Shown here one piece after another: positions 9,154 through 18,185 of a DNA stretch of 31,441 bases. Under the pieces are notes generated by a model. That model was not told where the DNA came from. It searched no databases and saw nothing but the letters and a program-made list of their open reading frames with translations. The translations under genes and the position numbers were made by a program. Source of the DNA: a virus. Taxonomy: Duplodnaviria; Caudoviricetes. The stretch spans positions 1 through 31,441 of the IMG/VR virus record IMGVR_UViG_3300030037_000046; one strand, given 5' to 3'. Position 1 is the stretch's first letter, and every line of letters starts with the position of its first letter.

Positions 9154-9314
9154 CTCTGAGCCTTCGCCATGCGGTCGTTTTGTTCTTGAGCGAGTTCTAA
9201 CCAGCGGACAAATTCATCCAGCTCCATGTCGTTGAGCTCGCTGGGCGGCCAGCCCCCCCCAAATACTAAGTTGATGAAGGCCCAGCCTTCCAAGATGTCG
9301 TCGCGGGTTAAGAC
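9150..9314 (-). CDS. gpE': Tail assembly chaperone E' extension, reached by -1 frameshift from E (E+E' about 155 aa)
   Basis: -1 frame reads VLTRDDILEGWAFINLVFGGGWPPSELNDMELDEFVRWLELA; WPPSEL..M...E...W is the P2 E' signature. Confidence 0.85.
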   Translation of the reverse strand, partial: VLTRDDILEGWAFINLVFGGGWPPSELNDMELDEFVRWLELAQEQNDRMAKAQS

Positions 9315-9616
9315 TTTCCCTCGAAAAACTCACCCACAGCTTTCATGCAGGCAACAAGGTCGGCGATGTCCATCTGCTCTTGGATGATCTCGCTGGGAAT
9401 AATTGGCGTGACAATCCGGGGGAGTAGATCAAAAAAAGTATCGACGTCCATTTGCGCCACCGAGACCATGCTTAAACCGCGCATCTCACCTGCTTTGGGG
9501 CGGCGGATGCTAAGGGAGCTTACTTGTTCACTCCCCACGGTGATGGGTTGGTCAAGCGTCACGGTCTTAAAAGTGCCGGTGTTGAGGGCAGGAGTTTCTG
9601 TTTTTGGCTTGGTCAT
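9308..9616 (-). CDS. gpE: Tail assembly chaperone E
   Basis: TVTLDQPI...IRRPKAGEMRGLS motif; between tube and tape measure. Confidence 0.9.
   Translation of the reverse strand: MTKPKTETPALNTGTFKTVTLDQPITVGSEQVSSLSIRRPKAGEMRGLSMVSVAQMDVDTFFDLLPRIVTPIIPSEIIQEQMDIADLVACMKAVGEFFEGKS
9314..9320 (-). other. Programmed -1 frameshift slippery heptamer G GGA AAG
   Basis: In frame just before the E stop (GAG GGA AAG TCT TAA); identical to the lambda G/T slippery site. Confidence 0.8.
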
Positions 9617-9664
9617 GAATTAGGCCTTTTATTGATGGGCGCGTTGGCGCTTTGCGGGGAGGGG

Positions 9665-10174
9665 TTAGATTTCGAGGGCTGCGCGAATGTCTTTGTAGAG
9701 ATCCACACCGCCGACATTTTCAACCATGTTGATGAAATCCAGTTCAACAATGGTCTCGCCATTGCGGACGAATTTGAAATAGGTGAGGGAGAACTCAGGC
9801 TTGAGCTCGGTGAGGTTCTTCTGATTGGCGGTTCCAAGATCCAGAGTGGCAAGGCGACCGCGCGCAATGATCTCTTGCTTCACCACGGAGGAGCCAGGGC
9901 CGTCCGCCCGGTACGCTCCAACAAAGCGCAAGCCGGTGCCTGCCATGTCAACTTGGCCAAGTAGTTTGAAAAGGGAGGCTGTGTTTTCGCGACATGTGAA
10001 GCCCATGGTCATTTTGGAATAGCCCATGTCAATGTCCACGTCGCCGAGCATGCCAGCAGCCTGCAACTCTTCCATTTTCTTTTCGATCTTGGGGAGTGTG
10101 ACTTCGTCGACGCGGCCCAGAAAGGATCCACCGTCTACAAACATGTCGAATTTTTTCAATGTTTCGGGAAGCAT
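9665..10174 (-). CDS. gpFII: Major tail tube protein FII
   Basis: EVTLPKI...ELDFINMVENVGGVD...IRAAL. Confidence 0.93.
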   Translation of the reverse strand: MLPETLKKFDMFVDGGSFLGRVDEVTLPKIEKKMEELQAAGMLGDVDIDMGYSKMTMGFTCRENTASLFKLLGQVDMAGTGLRFVGAYRADGPGSSVVKQEIIARGRLATLDLGTANQKNLTELKPEFSLTYFKFVRNGETIVELDFINMVENVGGVDLYKDIRAALEI

Positions 10175-10246
10175 GTGCTTCTCCTTTCGTAAGCGATTTT
10201 GAGATCAAACTGCGTAGGGCAGTCGATGCAAAGTTAAGGGGCAGGG

Positions 10247-11425
10247 CTATCCGGCAGCGGCAACGCGGGCGGCGAAGTCGAGCAAATGACGGTCGGTAAT
10301 GCGTTGTTTGAAGTTGAGGTTTTCCATAGGCGGCACGGGGGTATAGTCGTAATCGATATAAAGTTTTCCAGCCTTCAACTCGTCTTTTGTGTTGGCTGCC
10401 TCGTCAAACCATGCCTCACCTCCCAGAAGGTAGCCTTGCGTGACCATGGCGCGCAGCTTGGCGTTCACCCCTTCGATGATGTCGCGGACATTGCGGGGGC
10501 TCATCACGCCGTCAACCGCCCACATGTGAGCTTCGGCCATCGTGTCAGCCAAAACTTGCGCTGTGCGGGTGTAGTTCTCAAAGGCAAACAGTGGGTCGGC
10601 GCTGCAGGTGCGTGAGCCCCAAAAGCGAAAGCCGTTTTCGCGGATCAATGTTGTGACTTCGTTTTCATTGAGATAGCCCGCATCGGTTGCTGGGTTTTGA
10701 AGATCCCAATCAACGTCCTTATCGATGCCGGTCACACCGTTCACGGTGGCGTTGGATAATGTCTTATGCCAGCCGATGTCATTGTCGAGTTTTGCGCGCA
10801 GGCCGATGGCGCGGGCCGTTGCAAAAGCTGTGTCAGACAGATTGGTGGTGGTGTTCCACTTCACAAAATCGGGCCAAATAACCATGGCTTCGCGGGCACC
10901 AAAGTTACCGCGATAGGCCACAGCGTCTTCTTTGGTGGTGCAGTCATAAGCTGACAGATAGGCGAACGCGCGCAAATCTTCTGCGATTGTGATGACTGCT
11001 GTGGCGACGGCCAGAGTGTCGAGCCCTGGCACCGCCAGAATACGCGGTGTCACACCTGTGATCGTTTTGGCAATTGTGAGGGCTTGTAGGCCGGTGCGGG
11101 TGCCATCTGCTTCAACCGTGCCGATGACGTTGGATGTGGTTTCAGCTTCGTCTGCGCCTTCTTCCACACGGACAACGATGCCCATGGGGTTTGATTGGTC
11201 AACGATTGCATCCAACACAAAGGGAAGTGTGCCGGTTTCGCCAGCTTTGGAGATGGCGGTATAGAGGTTTGTCACCAATACGGGACGGTTGAGGGGGAAC
11301 ATGTCAACGTCCGCATCCGGTGCCGTGCAGACAATCCCAAACACCGCTGTGTTGATGGTGCGAATGGGGCGGGTGCCTTCATTGATTTCAACGACGCGCA
11401 CGCCGTGGTGGTAATCTTGTGGCAT
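10247..11425 (-). CDS. gpFI: Tail sheath protein FI
   Basis: MPQDYHHGVRVVEINEGTRPI start with AAGGAG RBS; GFRFWGSRTCS; YDYTPVPPMENL. Confidence 0.96.
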   Translation of the reverse strand: MPQDYHHGVRVVEINEGTRPIRTINTAVFGIVCTAPDADVDMFPLNRPVLVTNLYTAISKAGETGTLPFVLDAIVDQSNPMGIVVRVEEGADEAETTSNVIGTVEADGTRTGLQALTIAKTITGVTPRILAVPGLDTLAVATAVITIAEDLRAFAYLSAYDCTTKEDAVAYRGNFGAREAMVIWPDFVKWNTTTNLSDTAFATARAIGLRAKLDNDIGWHKTLSNATVNGVTGIDKDVDWDLQNPATDAGYLNENEVTTLIRENGFRFWGSRTCSADPLFAFENYTRTAQVLADTMAEAHMWAVDGVMSPRNVRDIIEGVNAKLRAMVTQGYLLGGEAWFDEAANTKDELKAGKLYIDYDYTPVPPMENLNFKQRITDRHLLDFAARVAAAG

Positions 11426-11436
11426 GGAAGTCTCCT

Positions 11437-11832
11437 TTAAAGTGCGTCCGGCGCAAGTGGCCAAGCAATCGTGGTGGGGAAAAGAGGTTGATCAGTGATG
11501 TCTCGCAGGGCTTGGCGATAGGCCGTCCAGGCAGCTTTTTCTTCGTCACTCAAAGCTGCATCGGCGAGCTGGGTCCAATCGCATTGGGTCAACAGTCGGT
11601 CCCGTTGAGTTCGAGCTTTTGTGCCCAGTTCTTCGGCTGATGGCAGAGCTGGATCCAATAAAACTGGAAAGCCTTCGTCGCTGCCAATTACCTTGGTGCC
11701 GTTGGCTTGGCCGTCCATCAGGTCGGTAAACTCGGCCTCGCCAATTTCAACAGCATCGGCTGGAATTTTTTCAGGCGAGTGTAGGTCGTCTTGGTAAAAC
11801 CCTTTGGTGCTGGCCGCATAAAAACGTTTCAT
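11437..11832 (-). CDS. Tail fibre assembly chaperone
   Basis: RDRLLTQCDWTQLAD...WTAYRQALRDI motif; directly downstream of the fibre gene. Confidence 0.85.
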   Translation of the reverse strand: MKRFYAASTKGFYQDDLHSPEKIPADAVEIGEAEFTDLMDGQANGTKVIGSDEGFPVLLDPALPSAEELGTKARTQRDRLLTQCDWTQLADAALSDEEKAAWTAYRQALRDITDQPLFPTTIAWPLAPDAL

Positions 11833-13545
11833 TTAGATAATCCCCAAAACCGACCAATTGATATCAGCGGCGTTTACATTGTCTGTATTTGAGACGCGCA
11901 GGCTGCTTCCTGTGAGCGCCCGGATCTGGGCTGCTCCATCTGGCTTGCTGTCGTTTGAATAATTCACGAAAACCGCTGTGCCCCTCAAAACCGTAGTCAG
12001 AGTAATTGGCAAAGTTAAATCAACACCACTCCCCCCACCAACCGGGCTTACCGTTCCGCCCATTTCTACGAGGCCATCCGAGCGTTGAATAACAAATGAG
12101 GTAGCGGTATGGGTGATTGTTGTTGTTGGTACTGCGGCAATGGCTGTTTTTACGAAGGCCGTGGTGGCGAGCCGTGTGGAATTATTGCTCGCTGATTGTG
12201 TTGGGGCTGTTGGATCGCCTGAGAAAGCCGGGGAGGCTTTGCGGGCGTAGGAGCTTCCCTGTACACCGTCCAATCTGTCTGCATCTAGACCGGAGCCTGC
12301 CCCGTCAACTGCTAGCAGAAGGGCGAGAATAGCCGCGCCGGTGAAGGCGCTTGCATTCAATTTGGTGCCAATGAGGGTGGTCATGGTGGCTGCAAAATTG
12401 GGATCGTCACCCAACGCCGTCGCCAACTCGTTCAACGTGTCTAATGTGCCAGGACTACTGGCCACCAGAGCCGCAATGGCAGACGCGATATATTCGGTTG
12501 TCGCAATCTTTTGGCTGTTGTCTCCGGGGGCTTGGGTGGGGGCGAGGGGGCTGCCTGTGAAGACCGGCGATGCGCTCTCCACAAAATCGGAGGCGTGTTT
12601 GCCGTCGACCGTGTCTGCGTCTAGACCCGAAGCGGGGCCGTGGTTGCCGCCATGCCAGACTTTGTTGTTTAGATATAAGAGGCCTTCTGACGTAACATCC
12701 AATTGGGACCCTGAGGGTTCATCAACAAGCCAAGGGGAATTTTCATGATAAGCAATGGAGGACCCAGGGGCAAATGATCGGGCTATTTCGTAAAGATAAA
12801 ATGTTCCGTACGAACTGGTTTTCCTGAACCAAAGGTCAAAGGTGTTGCTGGTATCTGTTGCAACCAATTTAAAGGATTGATCGTCAACACTACCGCCGTT
12901 AGCCGCATTGATTGTGAGCTTTCCAAAGTACTCCGCAACATTGTTGACCCTTACGCTGGCGCTAAAATTGACCGTGGTTGGACTGCCATGCAGCGTTCCA
13001 ACGAGAGCGAGCATTACATTTATGTCTGTAAATTGAGGCCCGGTTGTAAGCGTAGCAAGTTTGCACCATTGATCGGGAGATGATCCTCCTGACGCACCGG
13101 TGGTCATCACTTTTTTGGAAAAATCCGATGGGGTCTTGCCCTGCAATAAGTCTGCATCTAGTCCAGAGCCCGCACCATCGACACCGATTAATTTGGCGAG
13201 GATGTCGGCGGGTGTGTAGGTTGCTGCATCTAATTTTGTGCCAATGAGGGCGGTCATGGTTGCCGCAAAATTGGGGTCATCGCCTAGGGCGGCCGCCAGT
13301 TCGTTCAGCGTATCCAATGTTGCAGGACTGGAGTTTAGAATGCTGTCAACGGCGGCGGCAATTAACGCATTGACCGCGACAATTGTTGCACGCAGCTCAA
13401 CTTGGGTTTTCAGATATTGAGTGCGGCTAGCCAGTTCTTTGGCTTGCCGGTTATCAATGCCATCGGGTCCACCTTGAACGGGGTCGGTGGTTTCCAATTG
13501 ATAAATGCCGTCTTTCCAGATCAGCTCCTCAGACAGATTGGCCAT
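11833..13545 (-). CDS. Tail fibre protein
   Basis: Start MANLSEE; GIYQLETTDPVQGGPDG N-terminus; repeated TLDTLNELA.ALGDDPNFA, SGLDAD and FxGxPxAPT fibre motifs. Confidence 0.9.
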   Translation of the reverse strand: MANLSEELIWKDGIYQLETTDPVQGGPDGIDNRQAKELASRTQYLKTQVELRATIVAVNALIAAAVDSILNSSPATLDTLNELAAALGDDPNFAATMTALIGTKLDAATYTPADILAKLIGVDGAGSGLDADLLQGKTPSDFSKKVMTTGASGGSSPDQWCKLATLTTGPQFTDINVMLALVGTLHGSPTTVNFSASVRVNNVAEYFGKLTINAANGGSVDDQSFKLVATDTSNTFDLWFRKTSSYGTFYLYEIARSFAPGSSIAYHENSPWLVDEPSGSQLDVTSEGLLYLNNKVWHGGNHGPASGLDADTVDGKHASDFVESASPVFTGSPLAPTQAPGDNSQKIATTEYIASAIAALVASSPGTLDTLNELATALGDDPNFAATMTTLIGTKLNASAFTGAAILALLLAVDGAGSGLDADRLDGVQGSSYARKASPAFSGDPTAPTQSASNNSTRLATTAFVKTAIAAVPTTTITHTATSFVIQRSDGLVEMGGTVSPVGGGSGVDLTLPITLTTVLRGTAVFVNYSNDSKPDGAAQIRALTGSSLRVSNTDNVNAADINWSVLGII

Positions 13546-14104
13546 CAACCACTCCTCGCGTAAATGTGCCATTTCGGAAAATGACGTTGTTGTGCAGGTT
13601 CAAGGCGCGGTCGTAGGTGAGGGCGTGTAGTTCACACACCTCCCGTTTGACGCGGTTCACCAGTGTTTTGATTTGTTGGGCCTGCTCGATAGAAACCGCG
13701 CGGAGCAATTTCACATTGAACAAAGCCCAGTGTTTATATTCTGAATGGAAATAGGTGCCGTCGCGGGTGACCCGGCCATCGCGTCGCCGCGCGTCCAATC
13801 CTTCAACAAGCTCAACCTCGCCGTAACCGGCTGCGCGCAACATGTCTTTAAGCGCGCCGGGTGTGCCCTTGTGACGGTGCACCTTGATGGCCTGCGCGAC
13901 GACTTCCCGCTTGGCTTCCTCTGACCATTCTTCGTCCCAATAATCGACTGAGAAGGCAAAGGCCAAATAGGGGAGGAATGTGATCGGGCAGGCGTAGGGG
14001 TTCCATAGCTCACTGATACGGATGTCCAAATCGAAGCGGGACGCGTTGACCGTATCAATTCGCTTTTCGAGGGCGGAGGCGTTTTGTGGCAACAGATCAA
14101 TCAT
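13529..14104 (-). CDS. gpI: Baseplate/tail protein I
   Basis: LWNPYACPITFLPYLAFAFSVDYWDEEW, HRHKGT; start MIDLLP overlapping the end of J. Confidence 0.92.
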   Translation of the reverse strand: MIDLLPQNASALEKRIDTVNASRFDLDIRISELWNPYACPITFLPYLAFAFSVDYWDEEWSEEAKREVVAQAIKVHRHKGTPGALKDMLRAAGYGEVELVEGLDARRRDGRVTRDGTYFHSEYKHWALFNVKLLRAVSIEQAQQIKTLVNRVKREVCELHALTYDRALNLHNNVIFRNGTFTRGVVDGQSV

Positions 14105-15074
14105 CAAGCACCTCCACGCCCATGGTGATGCCTGTGCAATAGGCGGTTTCATGGCGGTCGGGGGTGATGTCAACAAAACCTGTGAGGCGCACTTTTTCAA
14201 CGCCAGAGACGGTTGCGGCGGCGTCTAATGAGCTTGCGGTGATACGGCGCCCGATTTTGTGCTGCGCGAGGGTGTAGGCTTCGACGGCGGCTTGGGCAGC
14301 GCTCAAAATGATGGGCGCTTCGGGTCCGTCTTGGACCTCCAGAATGATGTTGAGACTGTATTCAATAGGCTCAACGGGGCGGATGGTGGGGCCATCGCAC
14401 ATGGGCCGGACGTAGTCGCCGCTTAAATAGCCCTCAACGGTTTGGAGGGTCTCAGAGGTGGGCACACCGGATCCGTCCCATCCCATGACGATGACATCGA
14501 GAGAGCCCGCTTCTGTTTTGTAAGCATCAGCGTCTTTGATCAGTGCTGAAAAACCGTCCTCGGGAAATTCATAGGTGACAAAAAGCTTGCCCGGCTCGGT
14601 GCTTTCAACGTCCATGGTGAGCGGTGTTTCACCTGCGGAGAGGGCATTGAAAATATAGCCTCCACGCGACCCGGCTACGGATAAGGCTTCTGGGGATAGT
14701 TGAATGCGGCGCAGAAAGGTTGGGTCGTCCTCATAGGTGGCGGGAATGGGCGGAGTGGCCTCTGGGTCTCCTGGATCAACTTGACGTCGAGCGACTGCGA
14801 AATTGGCTCCGAGGTGGTCCAAATCACTCCCCTGGGCAAAGGCCAATAGAACTGCACGCGCCTCGTCATTCACCTGTGCGCGGATGTTCATTTCTCGCGC
14901 GGCCTGCGTCTCCAATAGCTTGATGACGGGTTCGCTTTCCAAATCTGCAGTGAATGCTGGATAACGGGTTGCATAGTCAGTTTTGAGTTCTGAGATAATT
15001 GTCTCGAAATCTAGGGTCTTGATGACTTCCGGGGCGGGAAGCTGGCTTAAGTCAATGACAGAAAAACGGGTCAT
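14097..15074 (-). CDS. gpJ: Baseplate assembly protein J
   Basis: IDLSQLPAPEVI, LESEPVIKLL, LSVAGSRGGY, VRPMCD. Confidence 0.94.
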   Translation of the reverse strand: MTRFSVIDLSQLPAPEVIKTLDFETIISELKTDYATRYPAFTADLESEPVIKLLETQAAREMNIRAQVNDEARAVLLAFAQGSDLDHLGANFAVARRQVDPGDPEATPPIPATYEDDPTFLRRIQLSPEALSVAGSRGGYIFNALSAGETPLTMDVESTEPGKLFVTYEFPEDGFSALIKDADAYKTEAGSLDVIVMGWDGSGVPTSETLQTVEGYLSGDYVRPMCDGPTIRPVEPIEYSLNIILEVQDGPEAPIILSAAQAAVEAYTLAQHKIGRRITASSLDAAATVSGVEKVRLTGFVDITPDRHETAYCTGITMGVEVLDD

Positions 15075-15409
15075 AGGGTGAAGCCCTCCAACCGTATGGC
15101 TTCACCTGTTTCGATGTAATCGCCTTCAATTGTGAGGGTGATTTTTCCCTCTTTGGTAATTTCGTCAAAAAGGATTTTGGTGAGTTTGAGCCGTGGTTCC
15201 CATTTAGCCAGGGCGTGGGCAATGGCTGCTTTGAGCAAAATCAAACCAAATGTATTGGCGACGTAGTCAATCAGCTCAAACACATAGGATCCATAGTCGC
15301 GCCGCATGATGCGTGACCCGATGGCCGTTTTGAGAATATCTGCGACGGACTGCCAAAGGTGTTCAATGCCCGAAAGGGGCGCGCCTGTTTGGGCGTTCAT
15401 GCCGTTCAT
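15071..15409 (-). CDS. gpW: Baseplate wedge protein W (gp25-like)
   Basis: GMNAQTG...HLWQSVADIL.T.IGSRIMRRDYGS...WEPRL. Confidence 0.93.
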   Translation of the reverse strand: MNGMNAQTGAPLSGIEHLWQSVADILKTAIGSRIMRRDYGSYVFELIDYVANTFGLILLKAAIAHALAKWEPRLKLTKILFDEITKEGKITLTIEGDYIETGEAIRLEGFTL

Positions 15410-15681
15410 GCTGTGCCCTCCGGGAGGGTGAACCACGGGCGGCCAGATGAGGCGTGGCCACATGAGGCGCGATGGCCGGTGCAACAGACCGGAATGCCAT
15501 TGAGGGTCATCCAGCTTGAGCCCTGGGTCATGATGGGGGAATTGTGGGGGGATTGGCCGTGGCCTTGAACCGGGTCACCGAGCACGACAATGGAATGCCC
15601 ATCCACTTGTGCAAAGCTTTGGCTGCCTCCTAGTTGGGTGCCGCCTGCGCTGTCTACCCCTGCCACAACGATGCCGGTCAT
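15406..15681 (-). CDS. PAAR-domain spike-tip protein
   Basis: GDPVQGHG..PH, GSSWMTLNGIPVCCTGHRASCGH with His/Cys metal ligands; overlaps V and W by 4 nt. Confidence 0.85.
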   Translation of the reverse strand: MTGIVVAGVDSAGGTQLGGSQSFAQVDGHSIVVLGDPVQGHGQSPHNSPIMTQGSSWMTLNGIPVCCTGHRASCGHASSGRPWFTLPEGTA

Positions 15682-16145
15682 GTTTGCACCCCTTTGAAGC
15701 TAGGCGTGGAAAGCGTGATGGATCCGTCTTTGATTGAAAGGCTTGATGCTCCAACTGTGAGAATGATTTCACCGCTGGATGGGAGGTCCACAGCATAGCG
15801 ATGGGCTTCCTTGTCATAGGTTGTTTTCGCGCCGTCGCTAAAGTGGGTGCCTGATTTTTTGGGATCTGAAAGCGGGGCCGGGTGGGCAGCTTGATAGAGA
15901 CCAGTGAGAACCACCCCGTTGGCAAAGTCGCCACCTTCTGAGAAAAGGATAACTTGCTCACCAATGGACGGGCACCACCAATCTCTATCGTCGCCAGCGC
16001 GCTGGGCAAGAAACGGGAGGGGGGCCGTTTCAATTTGGCCGAGCTTTACAGTCACGCGAGCATTGCCTGCATCAACCGAGGCAATGGTGCCGCGTCGAAT
16101 GATATTTTCAAGTCGCCTAGCGATTTCTGAAGTGCTGTAGCTCAT
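15678..16145 (-). CDS. gpV: Baseplate spike protein V (short)
   Basis: RRLENIIRRGTI, RAGDDRDWWCPSIGEQV, FSDGAKTTYD. Confidence 0.93.
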   Translation of the reverse strand: MSYSTSEIARRLENIIRRGTIASVDAGNARVTVKLGQIETAPLPFLAQRAGDDRDWWCPSIGEQVILFSEGGDFANGVVLTGLYQAAHPAPLSDPKKSGTHFSDGAKTTYDKEAHRYAVDLPSSGEIILTVGASSLSIKDGSITLSTPSFKGVQT

Positions 16146-16186
16146 GGCCTCAAGCTGCACGGCCACACGTTTTAAGTCATTCGCCT

Positions 16187-16212
16187 ATGAGATGATTTAG
16201 GCCATATCATCT
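16187..16212. promoter_or_regulatory. Late-promoter dyad (putative Ogr site) upstream of V
   Basis: ATGAGATGATTTAGGCCATATCATCT; arms AGATGAT-N9-ATCATCT; centre 56 nt from the V ATG; 25/26 identical to 21777-21802. Confidence 0.75.
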
Positions 16213-16665
16213 TGAAAGTTTTGGCAGGCCTAGCGTTGTGGTTTTGCCGATGGTGAGTACTTCATTGCGACGGCCCGTTGGCGTCCAAGATACATGGACC
16301 CAGCCAGACATGGGCACACCTTCTTGATAAAACTCTAGGATCAATTGATCAAATTCAAGGTTGTCCCCGATCCAATGTGCCAGGACGATATTGGAAACGC
16401 CGGGCACTTCAAAATCGACCGCCTGGCCTTTGACGTGTTGGCTGTTATCACTTGATTTTATGGCACGATTTAGAAGAAGGCCGCGATAAAAACTTGAGGG
16501 GTTTATGGGGGCTTTAAAGTGAGCTCGGGTTGGCTCCAAGATGTTTTGGGCGGTTGCTCTTAGGCTTGGAATGAGAAGGGCGGGGGGCTGGTTGTCTATT
16601 CCTAACCGGATGGCCGTAGAGCTTTTAGAGGCTTCCTGCAGTGTAAAATGGGGCGAAATATGCAT
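16207..16665 (-). CDS. Endolysin, peptidase M15 family zinc peptidase
   Basis: SSFYR...N, SQHVKGQAVD (SxHxxGxAxD) and WVHVS motifs. Confidence 0.88.
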   Translation of the reverse strand: MHISPHFTLQEASKSSTAIRLGIDNQPPALLIPSLRATAQNILEPTRAHFKAPINPSSFYRGLLLNRAIKSSDNSQHVKGQAVDFEVPGVSNIVLAHWIGDNLEFDQLILEFYQEGVPMSGWVHVSWTPTGRRNEVLTIGKTTTLGLPKLSR

Positions 16666-16666
16666 G

Positions 16667-17146
16667 CTATTTTTCTCCAGCTTTGATCATGTGGTCCAAA
16701 ACATGGGCGTCAATGTCTGCAAGGTCTTGAGTGGACAGGCCGATCAAACGTCTGGTTGGGTTTTTGATGAAAATGCTTTTGCCGCCCATCATCTTCATGC
16801 GTTCGCGTAGGCCGTAATGGTGCGCGCGGGCAATCTTTCCTGTGTTGCCAGAAAACCCAAGGCTGATAGAGCCGTCATCGGCTTTCAGTTTCAAGTGTTT
16901 GCCAGTACGCATGCGCCGGAACATCTTGGCGCGCACGCGTCCGGCTCCCTTTTTGGCCCGACGCTTGGGCCACGGGCGCCCGTCAGGATCTGTCTGGGCG
17001 CTGATGCGGGCCTTTTGGGATCGTTGCAGCCTCTTGCCGATCTCGCGCAGGAGGACAGCTCTCTGGGGGCTGGCGAGGGCTTGCAAATAGCTTTCTGCGA
17101 AAGCACCGAGCCGCTTGAGCTGTTTGCTTGGGTCACCCTGGCTCAT
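16667..17146 (-). CDS. gpS: Tail completion / virion morphogenesis protein S
   Basis: RISAQTDPDGRPW, IARAHHYG, PTRRLIG. Confidence 0.9.
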   Translation of the reverse strand: MSQGDPSKQLKRLGAFAESYLQALASPQRAVLLREIGKRLQRSQKARISAQTDPDGRPWPKRRAKKGAGRVRAKMFRRMRTGKHLKLKADDGSISLGFSGNTGKIARAHHYGLRERMKMMGGKSIFIKNPTRRLIGLSTQDLADIDAHVLDHMIKAGEK

Positions 17147-17561
17147 TGGGGCGCTCTAATATGCCAGAATATTCATCTTCTGAGGTGTCAATTTCTGGCG
17201 CGATGTCGATATGAGTGCCGGTGTCATCTTCCCGCACAAGAACGTCCTCGGAGAGCGTGAGGGTGATCAAAAGGTCCACTTTGGAGGTGTCGAGAATTTC
17301 AGCTTCGAATGTGAAAGCCTCAAACTCATGCTCGGTTTGATGCAACTTCATCCACTTGACCAAAGCGAGTTGGAGGATCAAAGGGTTTTGCGCAAAATCC
17401 ATGACGCCAACTTTGGCTTGATAGACGAGAGCAAAATTGTTGTTGAGCTCACCGTCCACAAATTTCACGGATCCGCTTTCCACAAAGGTGACCAATTGAT
17501 CAGATTTGAGGCCGTAGGGACCGGCGAGAAGATGGTCGCGCAGGAGAGTGAGCTTGTTCAT
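17133..17561 (-). CDS. gpR: Tail completion protein R
   Basis: MNKLTLLRDHL, FEAEILD..KVDLLITLTLSEDVLV. Confidence 0.88.
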   Translation of the reverse strand: MNKLTLLRDHLLAGPYGLKSDQLVTFVESGSVKFVDGELNNNFALVYQAKVGVMDFAQNPLILQLALVKWMKLHQTEHEFEAFTFEAEILDTSKVDLLITLTLSEDVLVREDDTGTHIDIAPEIDTSEDEYSGILERPNEPG

Positions 17562-17977
17562 TTTGTGGCGCGCCAAGTGTCGAGGACTTTGGGGGCGACC
17601 TTCTCAAGGGTGCGCCCGGCGACGTACCCGCCCAGACCCAACTTCATGAGATCATAGACTGAGAGATATTCTGCCTCGCTCATGCCAGGGGCGGTGAAGC
17701 CCATCCAGCGCGCCACGATCAGGCCAACAAAGGTCAACATGGTCAGGGGCCGCCAATTGCGTTGGATCCAGCTTTGACCGGTCGCCTCGGCGGTGATGAT
17801 GTCGGACTGTGCTTTTACCAGCTTGGCTTCATGCTCGAGAAGTTTCTGGGTGAGGTTTGACTCCGCCTCAAAAAGCGCATTCTTAAGCTTGCCGCGTTCC
17901 TCATCATTGGTGAACAGGTCATCCACAATTTTCCGCACGGGTTCGAGTAAACCGGCAACGGCGCTAAACACGTCCAT
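17558..17977 (-). CDS. Holin-like protein (GTA 3TM holin family)
   Basis: IITAEATGQSWIQRNWRP, LGLGGYVAGRTLEK; start MDVFS. Confidence 0.8.
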   Translation of the reverse strand: MDVFSAVAGLLEPVRKIVDDLFTNDEERGKLKNALFEAESNLTQKLLEHEAKLVKAQSDIITAEATGQSWIQRNWRPLTMLTFVGLIVARWMGFTAPGMSEAEYLSVYDLMKLGLGGYVAGRTLEKVAPKVLDTWRATK

Positions 17978-18185
17978 TTTTGGAAGCTCCCTTGGTTGCT
18001 TGGCGTTCGGCCAATTTGTAGTGCAGCCACTTAAAGTAGCAGTTGGCTGCAAAGGTCATTCCCCCTAGGGCCAAACCACCAACGGCAATCCATTCATTCA
18101 TCGTGATCGCTCCAAAAAAGCTAACGCCAAGGCTGGCGGCATAGGTGGTTGGTTCAGCCGATTTGGCAAAGAGTGTGTCGATCAT
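17964..18185 (-). CDS. Holin (HP1-type) at the P2 Y position
   Basis: TTYAAS...NEWIAVGG...TFAANCYFK with basic C-terminus; ATGA overlap with X (alternative start 18191). Confidence 0.72.
   Translation of the reverse strand: MIDTLFAKSAEPTTYAASLGVSFFGAITMNEWIAVGGLALGGMTFAANCYFKWLHYKLAERQATKGASKNGRV

Noticed and set aside
9005-9235. 76-aa plus-strand ORF in the track
   Set aside because: TTG start and wrong frame; the 8989-9153 ORF has an ATG, a promoter and a coherent TM profile
4999-17576. Tailocin, eCIS or T6SS interpretation because of PAAR and sheath
   Set aside because: Capsid, terminase, portal, cos and att are all present, so this is a phage
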